Notes under the pieces: model-generated
Seen by the model: only the letters and a program-made list of their open reading frames with translations
Database searches by the model: none
Told to the model about the DNA's origin: nothing
Shown here: one piece after another, positions 42,414 through 50,630 of the stretch
How the letters are laid out: each line of letters starts with the position of its first letter
How positions within the stretch are numbered: position 1 is the first letter of the stretch
Program-made: the position numbers and the translations under genes
DNA from: Elusimicrobiota bacterium
Lineage (GTDB): Bacteria > Elusimicrobiota > Elusimicrobia > Elusimicrobiales > Elusimicrobiaceae
DNA: 54,519 bases
Reading direction: 5' to 3'
Assembly (NCBI GenBank): GCA_012523635.1
Contig: JAAYTX010000067.1
Location: 1-54,519, forward strand

Positions 42414-44815
42414 AAAAAGTGTTGTCGCCTATATGATTCAAAGGCAGCCAGCATTTTCTCCGGCGAATAGGGATTAGCCTCCAGCCGTTTTGCCGAAGCG
42501 GAATATTTCTTCAGCGGCAGGTACAGCTCGCAGAAAAACCCGCTTTTGCCCAGCGCTTCCCGGTTTTCGTCAAGCGCCTTGCCCTCCAGCCCGGCATAGT
42601 GAATGCGAAAAAGATAGAAATGCGGCAAGCCTGTCTCGACCACTATGAAATGCCGCGAGAAAAAGTCCGGCTCGAACAACGGGGTAAGGGCGTCCAGTAT
42701 AAGGGACTTCCCGGGGTCACCATCGGCCAGCCCCCATTTATTGTCGAAGCATAACGCGGACAACCCCTCATTTTCCAGCAGCGCCAGCGCCTTCCCGCCG
42801 TCTTCAGCGTATATGCCGGAAACAGACGCCACGGTGGAAGGCTGATACTTTTCAACAGCCGAATATATTTTCTGCGCGTGGAAGAAATACAGCACCTTTT
42901 CCCCAGGTTCGAGGCGGGAATTCAAAAAAGCATCTTTGTCGGCATTCTCGGGGCCAAGATACTGCCCCAGCGTGTCCAGACTGAACAGATAGCGCAACTT
43001 ATGCCCGACAGAACAATGGCAGGCGTGGCGTCCAAACGCCATGCCAAATACAAAATCAGCAGTCTGCGCGGCGGACGAACACAACGCGCCAGCTCCCAGG
43101 CAGTCCGCGTCGGGCTTTTGTGAAGCGCTAAACACGCATGCGGCATTCCCCCTGCGGCAGCCATCGGCTACAAAACCCGCATACAGCGCCAGCACAGCAG
43201 CCGCGGCTATCACGGCATATTGCCGCCACCTCACTTTTGCGGACTGCGCCTTAAACGCCGCCAGGAACTTGGCCGCGCGCGGGGAATTGTCCGCCAACCC
43301 CTCATACTCCGTAAAAACACCGGGACCGCGAAGCAACGCGCAGGTCACATAAAAGCCATGCAGTATAAGCAGGGAAAGCAAAGGAAACATATCCCACAAA
43401 AACCGGCCGTGCTCCTCCCCGCGCGTTATCTGCGGAAAAAACAGGGGCGCCGCCAGAAAGGGGAGAATGACAAACGGCGCCGAAATTTTTGCCAGTGGGT
43501 TCAGAAAATATAACGCCGCCAGGACAATGCCGAATGCCGCCAGGCCGAAATTGGCATACAGGTACTTCGGGACGAAATAAAGCCACCTGTCGGCAAAAGA
43601 CACCCCGGCTCCTCCGAAAAACAAACCTGTGCGCTGGGCCAGATAGTCGTTGAACACGTCGCCGCCCGATACCGGGAACAACTTGTTAAGGAACACCAGC
43701 ACGGGGGCCGGAGAGCCGGTATTTATGTAATTCCAAACCGGGAACACCGCGGCCAGCGCCGCCGCGCCAAGCATGGCCCCCAGATAACCGCGTACGCGGC
43801 CCCGCCACAAGGCAGGCGACAGCAGCACCGCCATGAGTGCCGCCATCGCAGTGAACACCCCCCCGGCCGAAACGCCCAGCAACACCCCGGCGGAGAGCAA
43901 ACCGACATATTGCCAGCGGGCTTCTTTTTCCAAAGCCCCTTTCAGCATGCAGGAAAACACAAAAAACGTCAGAAACAACTGATAGGCCCTTTCATGCGCA
44001 AAGGAAAACCACGCGTCATTATAAAGCGCGGGCGCGGTCAAAAACAATACCGCAGCCCAAATGCCGTCGCGGCCGCGCAAATCCGAATCAAGCGTCTGCT
44101 TCACGCCGACCGCAGTCAGCAACAACAACGACAGCCCGAAGATCTTCACGACACCGGGATTTGACAGCGAAATCAGCGCGGAACCCAGCACCTCGTACTG
44201 GCAGAACTTTGACAATATCGCCCCAAGATACGGGGCAAAGAATGCTCCGTGGTTCCGGGCAAACAACATCGGGACATAAAAAGTGTTGTTAGCCGCGTCG
44301 CCCAGTGATTCGCCATAGGAAACAGGCAACAGCGCATTGACTAGATGAAGCAGGGCCGCGGCCCCAAACAGTAGCAAAGGCAGCGCGGGACGCGTGCGCA
44401 AAGCCGAGCGCAGAGCTGGGGCTTCCGAACGCAGGAGAACAAGAAGGGTTATAAACAGCGCAGCAAGAACCGGCGGATAAAAGAGATTCAGGAAAAACAG
44501 AGGCAGCAGCAGAACGTTCAGGGCCAGCAGGCCCAGCCCGGCATGATGGTAAAAGCCCGCGCCCGGCAGGCGCAGGCCGTCTACCAGACGCTTGCCCAGC
44601 ATAAAACACGCCGCCAGCACATTAAGCACAAGGGCTACATTAAGCAGCGCGGCGCACCAGTCGAAATGCGACGAAAAATCCAGGCTATCTGCTGCCATGC
44701 TGAAGCGCTTCCCGCAAAGCCATGACAGCGCCAGCACGCACGCTAGAGAAAGCGCGGGCAGCCACTGCAATTTTTTATTTTCGGTATCGTTCATCCGCAG
44801 CGCGAAAAGCCGCAT
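42401..44815 (-). CDS. large polytopic membrane protein, GT-C-like N-terminal domain fused to a C-terminal extracytoplasmic domain
   Basis: Start chosen at MRLFALRMNDTENKK (ATG 44813-44815; the track extends to 44932). About 12-14 TM helices, then a further TM (YAVIAAAAVLALYAGFV) and a ~280-aa C-terminal domain. The architecture resembles YfhO/ArnT-type GT-C enzymes. The fold is not verified. Confidence 0.65.
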   Translation of the reverse strand: MRLFALRMNDTENKKLQWLPALSLACVLALSWLCGKRFSMAADSLDFSSHFDWCAALLNVALVLNVLAACFMLGKRLVDGLRLPGAGFYHHAGLGLLALNVLLLPLFFLNLFYPPVLAALFITLLVLLRSEAPALRSALRTRPALPLLLFGAAALLHLVNALLPVSYGESLGDAANNTFYVPMLFARNHGAFFAPYLGAILSKFCQYEVLGSALISLSNPGVVKIFGLSLLLLTAVGVKQTLDSDLRGRDGIWAAVLFLTAPALYNDAWFSFAHERAYQLFLTFFVFSCMLKGALEKEARWQYVGLLSAGVLLGVSAGGVFTAMAALMAVLLSPALWRGRVRGYLGAMLGAAALAAVFPVWNYINTGSPAPVLVFLNKLFPVSGGDVFNDYLAQRTGLFFGGAGVSFADRWLYFVPKYLYANFGLAAFGIVLAALYFLNPLAKISAPFVILPFLAAPLFFPQITRGEEHGRFLWDMFPLLSLLILHGFYVTCALLRGPGVFTEYEGLADNSPRAAKFLAAFKAQSAKVRWRQYAVIAAAAVLALYAGFVADGCRRGNAACVFSASQKPDADCLGAGALCSSAAQTADFVFGMAFGRHACHCSVGHKLRYLFSLDTLGQYLGPENADKDAFLNSRLEPGEKVLYFFHAQKIYSAVEKYQPSTVASVSGIYAEDGGKALALLENEGLSALCFDNKWGLADGDPGKSLILDALTPLFEPDFFSRHFIVVETGLPHFYLFRIHYAGLEGKALDENREALGKSGFFCELYLPLKKYSASAKRLEANPYSPEKMLAAFESYRRQHFLCPL

Positions 44816-44889
44816 TGCCTGACGGCCCCGCACAGAGCAATTGTAGCCTTTGCCGACGGAGAGGGCAACATGCCCGCGGCGCGGGCCGT

Positions 44890-45501
44890 TCAGTCCCAGC
44901 GTTCCAGCGTGCGGGACTCTTTCAGCGCCCATGCAGCCTTGTCTTTCCTGGGTGGCCGGAAAGCCGCCAGACTTTTCAGAAGCCGCGACGGGCTGCGCTC
45001 CACTATCAGCATTTTACGGTGCTCTTTCTCTATGAATCGTTCGGCGGCTGTATGGTCCAGAAATTGCAGAAGCCGGTCGTAATAACCGCGCACATTAAGC
45101 AGGGCGCAGGGCTTGGAATGTATGCCAAGCTGCGTCCACGTCAACACCTCGAAAAATTCCTCAAGCGTGCCTATGCCGCCGGGCAGCGCCACGAAAGCGT
45201 CGGCCAGTTTTATCATGGCCGCCTTTCTTTCATGCATCGAGCCGACAATTTTCAGGTTCTCCAGTTCGTTGAAGGCGACTTCCCTGTCTGCGAGGCTTTG
45301 CGGAATTATGCCGGTCACCTTGCCGCCATGGCGCAAGGCCGCCCGCGCCACAGTGCCCATAAGTCCGACGCTTCCACCTCCGTAAACCAGCTCTATACCG
45401 TTTTCGGCAAGCACCCTTCCCAACGCTTCGGCCGCGGCGGCGTACTCGGCCTTCCGCCCCATTCCCGAGCCGCAAAATACGCATAGTTTCCCGATTTTCA
45501 T
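44890..45501 (-). CDS. LOG family protein (cytokinin riboside 5'-monophosphate phosphoribohydrolase-like, TIGR00730 type)
   Basis: VFCGSG...GIELVYGGGSVGLMG...MHERK...ALPGGIGTLEEFFEVLTW are the LOG/lysine-decarboxylase-like motifs, including PGGxGTxxE. Confidence 0.85.
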   Translation of the reverse strand: MKIGKLCVFCGSGMGRKAEYAAAAEALGRVLAENGIELVYGGGSVGLMGTVARAALRHGGKVTGIIPQSLADREVAFNELENLKIVGSMHERKAAMIKLADAFVALPGGIGTLEEFFEVLTWTQLGIHSKPCALLNVRGYYDRLLQFLDHTAAERFIEKEHRKMLIVERSPSRLLKSLAAFRPPRKDKAAWALKESRTLERWD

Positions 45502-45591
45502 AGCTTTCCCCTGCCTGTGATTTCGCTATTCAAAATATATATTTACCGCCGCCATCTTGCAAACCCCGCCTAAAAAAACATTGGATACTAC

Positions 45592-47337
45592 ATGCGCGGC
45601 GACACGCGCAGGCATATGGCACAGCCATCATATTCCCGGCTTTTAGGAATTCCCGCAATGGCGGCTTCCGGCATTTTGCTGTTGCTGCTGGCGCTTACGG
45701 CGGCGGCCGGGGTATCCGCGTCTCCCCGCGAAATGCTCGCATATTTCCCCCAAGGAGCATATATCTGCGAGCTGGTGCTGGACCACAGCGTAAACTTTGT
45801 AATGCCTCTGGCCTCCTGCACAGCCTACTGGTTTTCATTCCTGAAGCCGTCGTTGTCATTCCTCGCGGCAGCGATACCGCTGCTTGGCATCATGCTTCTG
45901 ATGTGGCACTGCGCCGTTCGTCTTGCCTCGCGCAAAGCGGCCATACTGGCCGTGCTCGTCTTCTGGTTCTATATAACGAAAAACGCCCACGCCCTGCTAT
46001 GGCCCTCCAATTATCTGGAAAGCCTGCTCTTAGCGCTCAACTGCACCGCCATAGCATGCGTCCTGCTCCTGCGCGAGGGAAATGCCCTGCGCAGCACCGG
46101 AATGGAGCTGTTGCTCGCCGCGCTTATCGGCTGCAGCTTCATGATAAAAAGCCCGCTTATACTGCTTCCCCCGCTGCTGGCGGTGCGCGAAATGGCATCC
46201 GGGCGCCTTGCGCGCGGGGAAACCTCATACGGCAAACTGGCAATTCTGCTTTTTGCGCCCTACGCCATGCTGCTCCCCTGGGCCTGGATGAACAGGCATC
46301 TTTTCGGCTTCACGCTGGCGCTAGAAAACGGGCGCTCGGCCCAGAACATAATAAGCGGAGCGCTTGGGGTTGTCTGCACGGTTGAAGGAGCGTACCCAAT
46401 GGCGGCGCTGCCGCCTAACACGCCGGTAGCTTTATGGGCGGCACAGACTGTTCTTGCACACCCGCTTAACTATGCTGCAGGCGTTCTTGCCAGAATCTAC
46501 ACCATTTTCACATGGCATCCGGCGGTCATCTCCGCCTTCGTCCTGTCGTGCCTGCGCTGGCGCAGGAACGCCGCCTCCAATGCGCTGGCGCTGTTCGCGC
46601 TTTACTTTATGGGCATTCACGTCCTGCTTTCCGTTGAGCCGCGATACCTCATGCCCATATATCCGGCGCTGGCGCTCTGCGCGGCCATCCTGCCATTCGC
46701 CAACACGGGAAAACGCGGGCCAACCGCTGAAATATGGCTCAAAACCGCCTCGGTCTGCGCAATCTCGATTCTGCTGGCGGCATACCTGACAACAGCCGCG
46801 CTGCTATGGCGCTACGCCGCAGGGGCCGTCCCGCTTGCAAAAGCAAATGTCCGCCATCCTCTGCTGCTTTCAATGTCGGCGCGCGAAAAGCTGAGCGCAG
46901 GAGACATAATTAGCGCCCGGAGCGACGCCGCACGGGCCGTTCTCTCCGGCGGCGGGCACGCCGCCGCGCTGGAATACATGTATGCCTTGCTGGCGGGCGG
47001 GCATGAAATCTCGCCCCTCTTCAGGCAAAGACTGCTGAATTGCCGCGACCGGGCTGACGAATGCCTGGCGCTGGAAGCCGCCAACGCGCTCTTGGCCGGG
47101 AAGCAGCCGGACAAGGCAAAAACTTATTTCGCGGAAGCAGTTCAGGCCTGGAGCTTCGGCGCCCTTTCCTTCAAGGCGGTGACATCAGAAAACGAAGCTT
47201 TTCTGCGCGAACGCCAGCGGCGGCTGGGGGCGCCCATCGCCAGGGAAGCGATTTTAAACGAAATCAGCAGGCACTTGCCTGCGAAACTGACCGCCGAAAT
47301 CCAAAGCATCATCCCGGCAAAAGAAAAAGCCCCATAA
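45592..47337 (+). CDS. polytopic membrane protein, ArnT/PMT-like GT-C glycosyltransferase candidate with helical-repeat C-terminus
   Basis: More than 10 TM helices over ~400 aa, with sequence features reminiscent of GT39/83 (PMT_2) proteins. The C-terminal ~170 aa are TPR-like helical repeats. The start is uncertain (45592, 45616 or 45658). A terminator hairpin spans the stop codon. Confidence 0.55.
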   Translation: MRGDTRRHMAQPSYSRLLGIPAMAASGILLLLLALTAAAGVSASPREMLAYFPQGAYICELVLDHSVNFVMPLASCTAYWFSFLKPSLSFLAAAIPLLGIMLLMWHCAVRLASRKAAILAVLVFWFYITKNAHALLWPSNYLESLLLALNCTAIACVLLLREGNALRSTGMELLLAALIGCSFMIKSPLILLPPLLAVREMASGRLARGETSYGKLAILLFAPYAMLLPWAWMNRHLFGFTLALENGRSAQNIISGALGVVCTVEGAYPMAALPPNTPVALWAAQTVLAHPLNYAAGVLARIYTIFTWHPAVISAFVLSCLRWRRNAASNALALFALYFMGIHVLLSVEPRYLMPIYPALALCAAILPFANTGKRGPTAEIWLKTASVCAISILLAAYLTTAALLWRYAAGAVPLAKANVRHPLLLSMSAREKLSAGDIISARSDAARAVLSGGGHAAALEYMYALLAGGHEISPLFRQRLLNCRDRADECLALEAANALLAGKQPDKAKTYFAEAVQAWSFGALSFKAVTSENEAFLRERQRRLGAPIAREAILNEISRHLPAKLTAEIQSIIPAKEKAP

Positions 47338-47348
47338 GGGGCCTTTTC
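47329..47348. terminator. rho-independent terminator hairpin
   Basis: GCCCC-ataa-GGGGC followed by CTTTTC, with an A-run upstream. It sits between the convergent genes 45592-47337 (+) and 47377-47574 (-). The TAA stop lies in the loop. Confidence 0.55.
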
Positions 47349-47376
47349 GAAAACTTCACGCGAGAGATGGTGCCGT

Positions 47377-47574
47377 TTATTTCATCATCTGGCCCGAAGG
47401 CATCATATCGTCAGGCGGCGGCGCGCCATGCGTGCGCTTGTATTCTTTGCGCTTGCACTCGCTCTGTTTGGCGGATTTGCAGTACATGCTGATGAATCCC
47501 CGCACGACCAAGTTCTTAGTATTCGCGTATTTCTTGCAGAAACCGCAGTTGGGCAAATGTTCACAATCGGCCAT
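47377..47574 (-). CDS. small Cys-rich protein (65 aa)
   Basis: MADCEHLPNCGFCKKY...YCKSAKQSECKRKEY...APPPDDMMP has five Cys in a C-x5-C-x2-C ... C-x7-C arrangement. It resembles a small conserved protein type I have seen in anaerobes, but I cannot name a family. Confidence 0.5.
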   Translation of the reverse strand: MADCEHLPNCGFCKKYANTKNLVVRGFISMYCKSAKQSECKRKEYKRTHGAPPPDDMMPSGQMMK

Positions 47575-47665
47575 AGCACGCTCCTTGAGTTACCGAAATT
47601 GCCGCCATGCAATTATTTTATAACGGCGTCCCCAAATATTAAAACATGGCATAGGCGCAATAACC

Positions 47666-48601
47666 TCAGGCACCGAGATGGAAGTGCAATACCGCCGCCA
47701 AACTGGCGCAGGACACCACCACCCACAATGCAATCCCTTTCAGAAGCGGCCTGCTTCCTATCCGCCGCAAATCGTGAAGCGTAAGCCCAGCCCCCACCAG
47801 GAACAGCGCGCCGGACATGGCATGACGCCCGCAGAGGCTTAACATATGCCAGAAAGGATTCGCCTGAACGAAGAAACTGCCAGCCACCGCCGCCACCAGA
47901 AACCCGAACAGGAACCACGGCACGGCAAGCGGGGCGTTGTTTCCACGGCTTCTGGCGAAAATAAAAGCTACCGGCAGTATCCACAAGGCGCGGGTAAGTT
48001 TTACCGTGGTGGCTATGCCAAGCGCCTGCTGGCCGTACGACGCGGCGGCGCCCACCACGCTGCTGGTGTCGTGTATGGCCATCGCGGCCCACATCCCGAA
48101 CGAGGACTGGCTTAAGCCGAACGCATGGCCCACCTGCGGAAAGACCGTTAGCGCCACGGCGTTAAGCAGGAACACCACGGCCAGTGCCATGGCGGTATCG
48201 GCCTGCGACGCCTCCATGGCCTCAGAAAGCGCCGCTATGGCGCTTCCGCCGCATATGGCCGTGCCGCCGCTGATCAACAGCGAGAGGTCGCGGCTTATCC
48301 CAAGCAGGCGGCCCAAAACAAAACCCGCGGCCAGCGTAAAGCTTATCCCGGCACAGGTTATCCACAGGGAACTCCTGCCAACCTTCAACACTGCGCCGAT
48401 TTCAAGCCCGAAACCCAGCAGGACCACGGCCCACTGCAAAAAATATTTGGAACTCTTGGCGGTAAACGAACGCGCCTCGTTGCCCATGGAAAGGGCCAAA
48501 GCCGCGCCAGCCGCCAGAGCCAGCGCCGGCGAAGCGCTAACGGCGGATAACAAAACCGCGCCTCCCAGCCAGAACAGCCTGTTTTGCGTAAGTTTTTCCA
48601 T
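47666..48601 (-). CDS. yeiH: YeiH/UPF0324 family putative sulfate-exporter-type membrane protein
   Basis: Start at MEKLTQNRLFWLGGAVLL (ATG 48599-48601). About 10 TM helices. It is divergently paired with a LysR regulator, as in E. coli yeiE-yeiH. Confidence 0.7.
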   Translation of the reverse strand: MEKLTQNRLFWLGGAVLLSAVSASPALALAAGAALALSMGNEARSFTAKSSKYFLQWAVVLLGFGLEIGAVLKVGRSSLWITCAGISFTLAAGFVLGRLLGISRDLSLLISGGTAICGGSAIAALSEAMEASQADTAMALAVVFLLNAVALTVFPQVGHAFGLSQSSFGMWAAMAIHDTSSVVGAAASYGQQALGIATTVKLTRALWILPVAFIFARSRGNNAPLAVPWFLFGFLVAAVAGSFFVQANPFWHMLSLCGRHAMSGALFLVGAGLTLHDLRRIGSRPLLKGIALWVVVSCASLAAVLHFHLGA

Positions 48602-48645
48602 TCCCGCCTCCTTATGAAAAGAGTAGCGGCTTCCGCCACTTCTGT

Positions 48646-48661
48646 AAAATAGATATATTTT
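48646..48661. promoter_or_regulatory. candidate LysR-type binding site in the divergent yeiH/lysR intergenic region
   Basis: AAAATAGATATATTTT has 6-bp inverted arms (AAAATA/TATTTT) and contains an ATA-N9-TAT (T-N11-A-like) arrangement. It lies 5 nt upstream of the LysR ATG, inside a 64-bp intergenic region. Confidence 0.35.
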
Positions 48662-48665
48662 ATGT

Positions 48666-49565
48666 ATGGCATCAAAAATAATGATGCGAAGCATCACCCT
48701 TCGCCAGCTCGAGGTATTTTACGAGACGGCAGCGCTTTCAAGCCTCAGCCGCGCAGCGGAAAAGCTCCATCTTACCCAGTCCGCCGCCAGCATGGCGCTG
48801 GCGCAGTTCGAAGCCTATGCTGGGGGACCGGTTTTCACAAGGCTGGGACGCGGCCTGCAGCTCAACGACAGGGGCGAACGCCTCTTCCCTGAAGCCGCCA
48901 GAACGCTTGAAAGCTACGACCGCTTTCTATCAGCCTGCGAGGACAACGGGCCGCTGAAAGGGCGCGTCTGCGTTGGAGCCAGCACCACAATCGCGAACTA
49001 CTGCCTGCCGGAACTGCTTGGGAAGTTCACGGCAAAATACCCCGGGGCCGAGGTTTCACTGCGCGTCGGCAACACCGACGAGATGGCGGCGCTCCTGCGC
49101 GCGGGCGAAGCGGACTTCGCAGTGGTGGAAGGCGAGGTATCAGGCGGAGACATACTCCTGCGCAACTGGCGGCGCGACGAACTGGAGGTACTGACGCATC
49201 CCTCGCACCGGCTGGCCGGGCGCAAAACGGTGCGCCTGGCTGAACTGGCCTGTGAAAAGTGGATACTGCGCGAACAAGGGTCCGGCACGCTCAGCACACT
49301 GCAAAATGTGCTTTCGGCCAGCGGGCTGCGGCTACAGCATGTGCGGGAAATAGGCCACACAGAAGCCATAAAACGCGCAGTTGAGGGTGCAATGGGCATT
49401 AGCTGCCTCTCCGCGCTGGCAGTCAGGCGCGAGGCAATTGCAGGCTCCCTGGCCGTGCTAAAGCTCTCCCCCCCGCTGTACCGCTGGTTCAGCATTATTA
49501 CGGTAAGGGACCGCTATCAGAGCCGGGTATCCAAGGCGCTTCAGAAATGGCTTGCCGGAAAATAA
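48666..49565 (+). CDS. LysR family transcriptional regulator (YeiE-like by context)
   Basis: N-terminal HTH region ITLRQLEVFYETAALSSLSRAAEKLHLTQSAASMALAQFE followed by a LysR substrate-binding domain. Confidence 0.9.
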   Translation: MASKIMMRSITLRQLEVFYETAALSSLSRAAEKLHLTQSAASMALAQFEAYAGGPVFTRLGRGLQLNDRGERLFPEAARTLESYDRFLSACEDNGPLKGRVCVGASTTIANYCLPELLGKFTAKYPGAEVSLRVGNTDEMAALLRAGEADFAVVEGEVSGGDILLRNWRRDELEVLTHPSHRLAGRKTVRLAELACEKWILREQGSGTLSTLQNVLSASGLRLQHVREIGHTEAIKRAVEGAMGISCLSALAVRREAIAGSLAVLKLSPPLYRWFSIITVRDRYQSRVSKALQKWLAGK

Positions 49566-49612
49566 AAAAAAGCCTGCGCGGGATGTTACGAATTCGAAAC
49601 ATGGGCCCGGAG

Positions 49613-49879
49613 TCATTTCTTGAATTCGGTGGGCTGTTCAAGCTGGTCTATCAAATCCTTCAAATCGTCCACTTTCCGCGCCAGCACTTTCTGCGAGTCG
49701 TAAAGAGCACGGTTATAGAAATACGCGCCGAGACGCTTTGAAAAGAAATCCAGCAGGGCCTCGGCCTCGAAACGCCCTATTTCCCGGTCCAAGTTTTCCC
49801 TAAAATACTCCTGTATGGCGCGCGCCATCAGGAGGCGTTCTTCTTCAGTGAATTTTATTTCCACAGTTAACTCCCGCAC
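49613..49879 (-). CDS. DUF2164 domain protein
   Basis: IKFTEEERLLMARAIQEYFRENLDREIGRFEAEALLDFFSKRLGAYFYNRALYD matches my memory of the DUF2164 consensus. GTG start in the track; the start is uncertain. Confidence 0.6.
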   Translation of the reverse strand: MRELTVEIKFTEEERLLMARAIQEYFRENLDREIGRFEAEALLDFFSKRLGAYFYNRALYDSQKVLARKVDDLKDLIDQLEQPTEFKK

Positions 49880-49917
49880 GACGCCATCTCGAACAACTCC
49901 GCGAATTTGCGCAGCCC

Positions 49918-50526
49918 CTACTTAGGGTTCATGTCCAGGCTTTGCCAGAAGTACCAGGTGGCGGCCGACCGGTGAGGGCGCCATGCCTCGCCCAGTTTTT
50001 GCAATTTTGACGCGTCAGGCATTTTTTTCAGTCCGTACGCTTTCATCACCGCTGTCCTGAAACCGTAGTCACCCGCTGGCAGCACATCCGGACGGGCCAA
50101 AGTGAATATCAAAAACATTTCGGCCGTCCATCTGCCTATGCCTTTCACGCGGCTCAAGGCTTCGATGATATCCTCGTCAGCCATATGCGGAAACGCGTCG
50201 AAATCCAGCTCGCCGGCGGCGGTTTTGGCAGCCAAATCCCTGATATAGGACAGCTTCTGTTTGGAAAGCCCCGCCGCGCGGAGTTTTGCCTCCGGCGTGG
50301 CCAATATTTTTTCGGGAAACGGGAATTTGCCTTTTGGGTAGAGGTTTCGGAAACGTTCGAAAATAGTCCCGGCGGCCTTGCCGTTCAACTGTTGGTAGAC
50401 TATGGATTCCACAAGGGCCTCGAAATAGCCGCCGCGCGCAGGCTTGGCCGGCAGGCGGCACGGCCCGACGCGCCGGATTATCCTGCCCAGCACAACATCG
50501 TTTTTAGCGACTTGCCCGATTGTCAT
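49918..50526 (-). CDS. alkA: DNA-3-methyladenine glycosylase II (HhH-GPD superfamily, AlkA-like)
   Basis: QQLNGKAAGTIFERF...LSKQKLSYIRDLA...LSRVKGIGRWTAEMFLIF...LPAGDYGFR gives the helix-hairpin-helix plus Gly/Pro-Asp catalytic loop. Confidence 0.8.
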   Translation of the reverse strand: MTIGQVAKNDVVLGRIIRRVGPCRLPAKPARGGYFEALVESIVYQQLNGKAAGTIFERFRNLYPKGKFPFPEKILATPEAKLRAAGLSKQKLSYIRDLAAKTAAGELDFDAFPHMADEDIIEALSRVKGIGRWTAEMFLIFTLARPDVLPAGDYGFRTAVMKAYGLKKMPDASKLQKLGEAWRPHRSAATWYFWQSLDMNPK

Positions 50527-50604
50527 TTAATTGCCGCCTCTTTTCATGGATTAACAAGTCAATCTAACATATATAACAACGCCATGCCTCAAGCCAATTA
50601 AAAA

Positions 50605-50625
50605 AGCCCCTTACGGGGCTTTTTT
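50605..50625. terminator. bidirectional rho-independent terminator at the end of the tRNA operon
   Basis: AGCCCC-ttac-GGGGCT flanked by AAAAA and TTTTT. It lies between the repeat R4 / tRNA cluster (minus strand) and the alkA start. Confidence 0.7.
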
Positions 50626-50630
50626 ATAAA

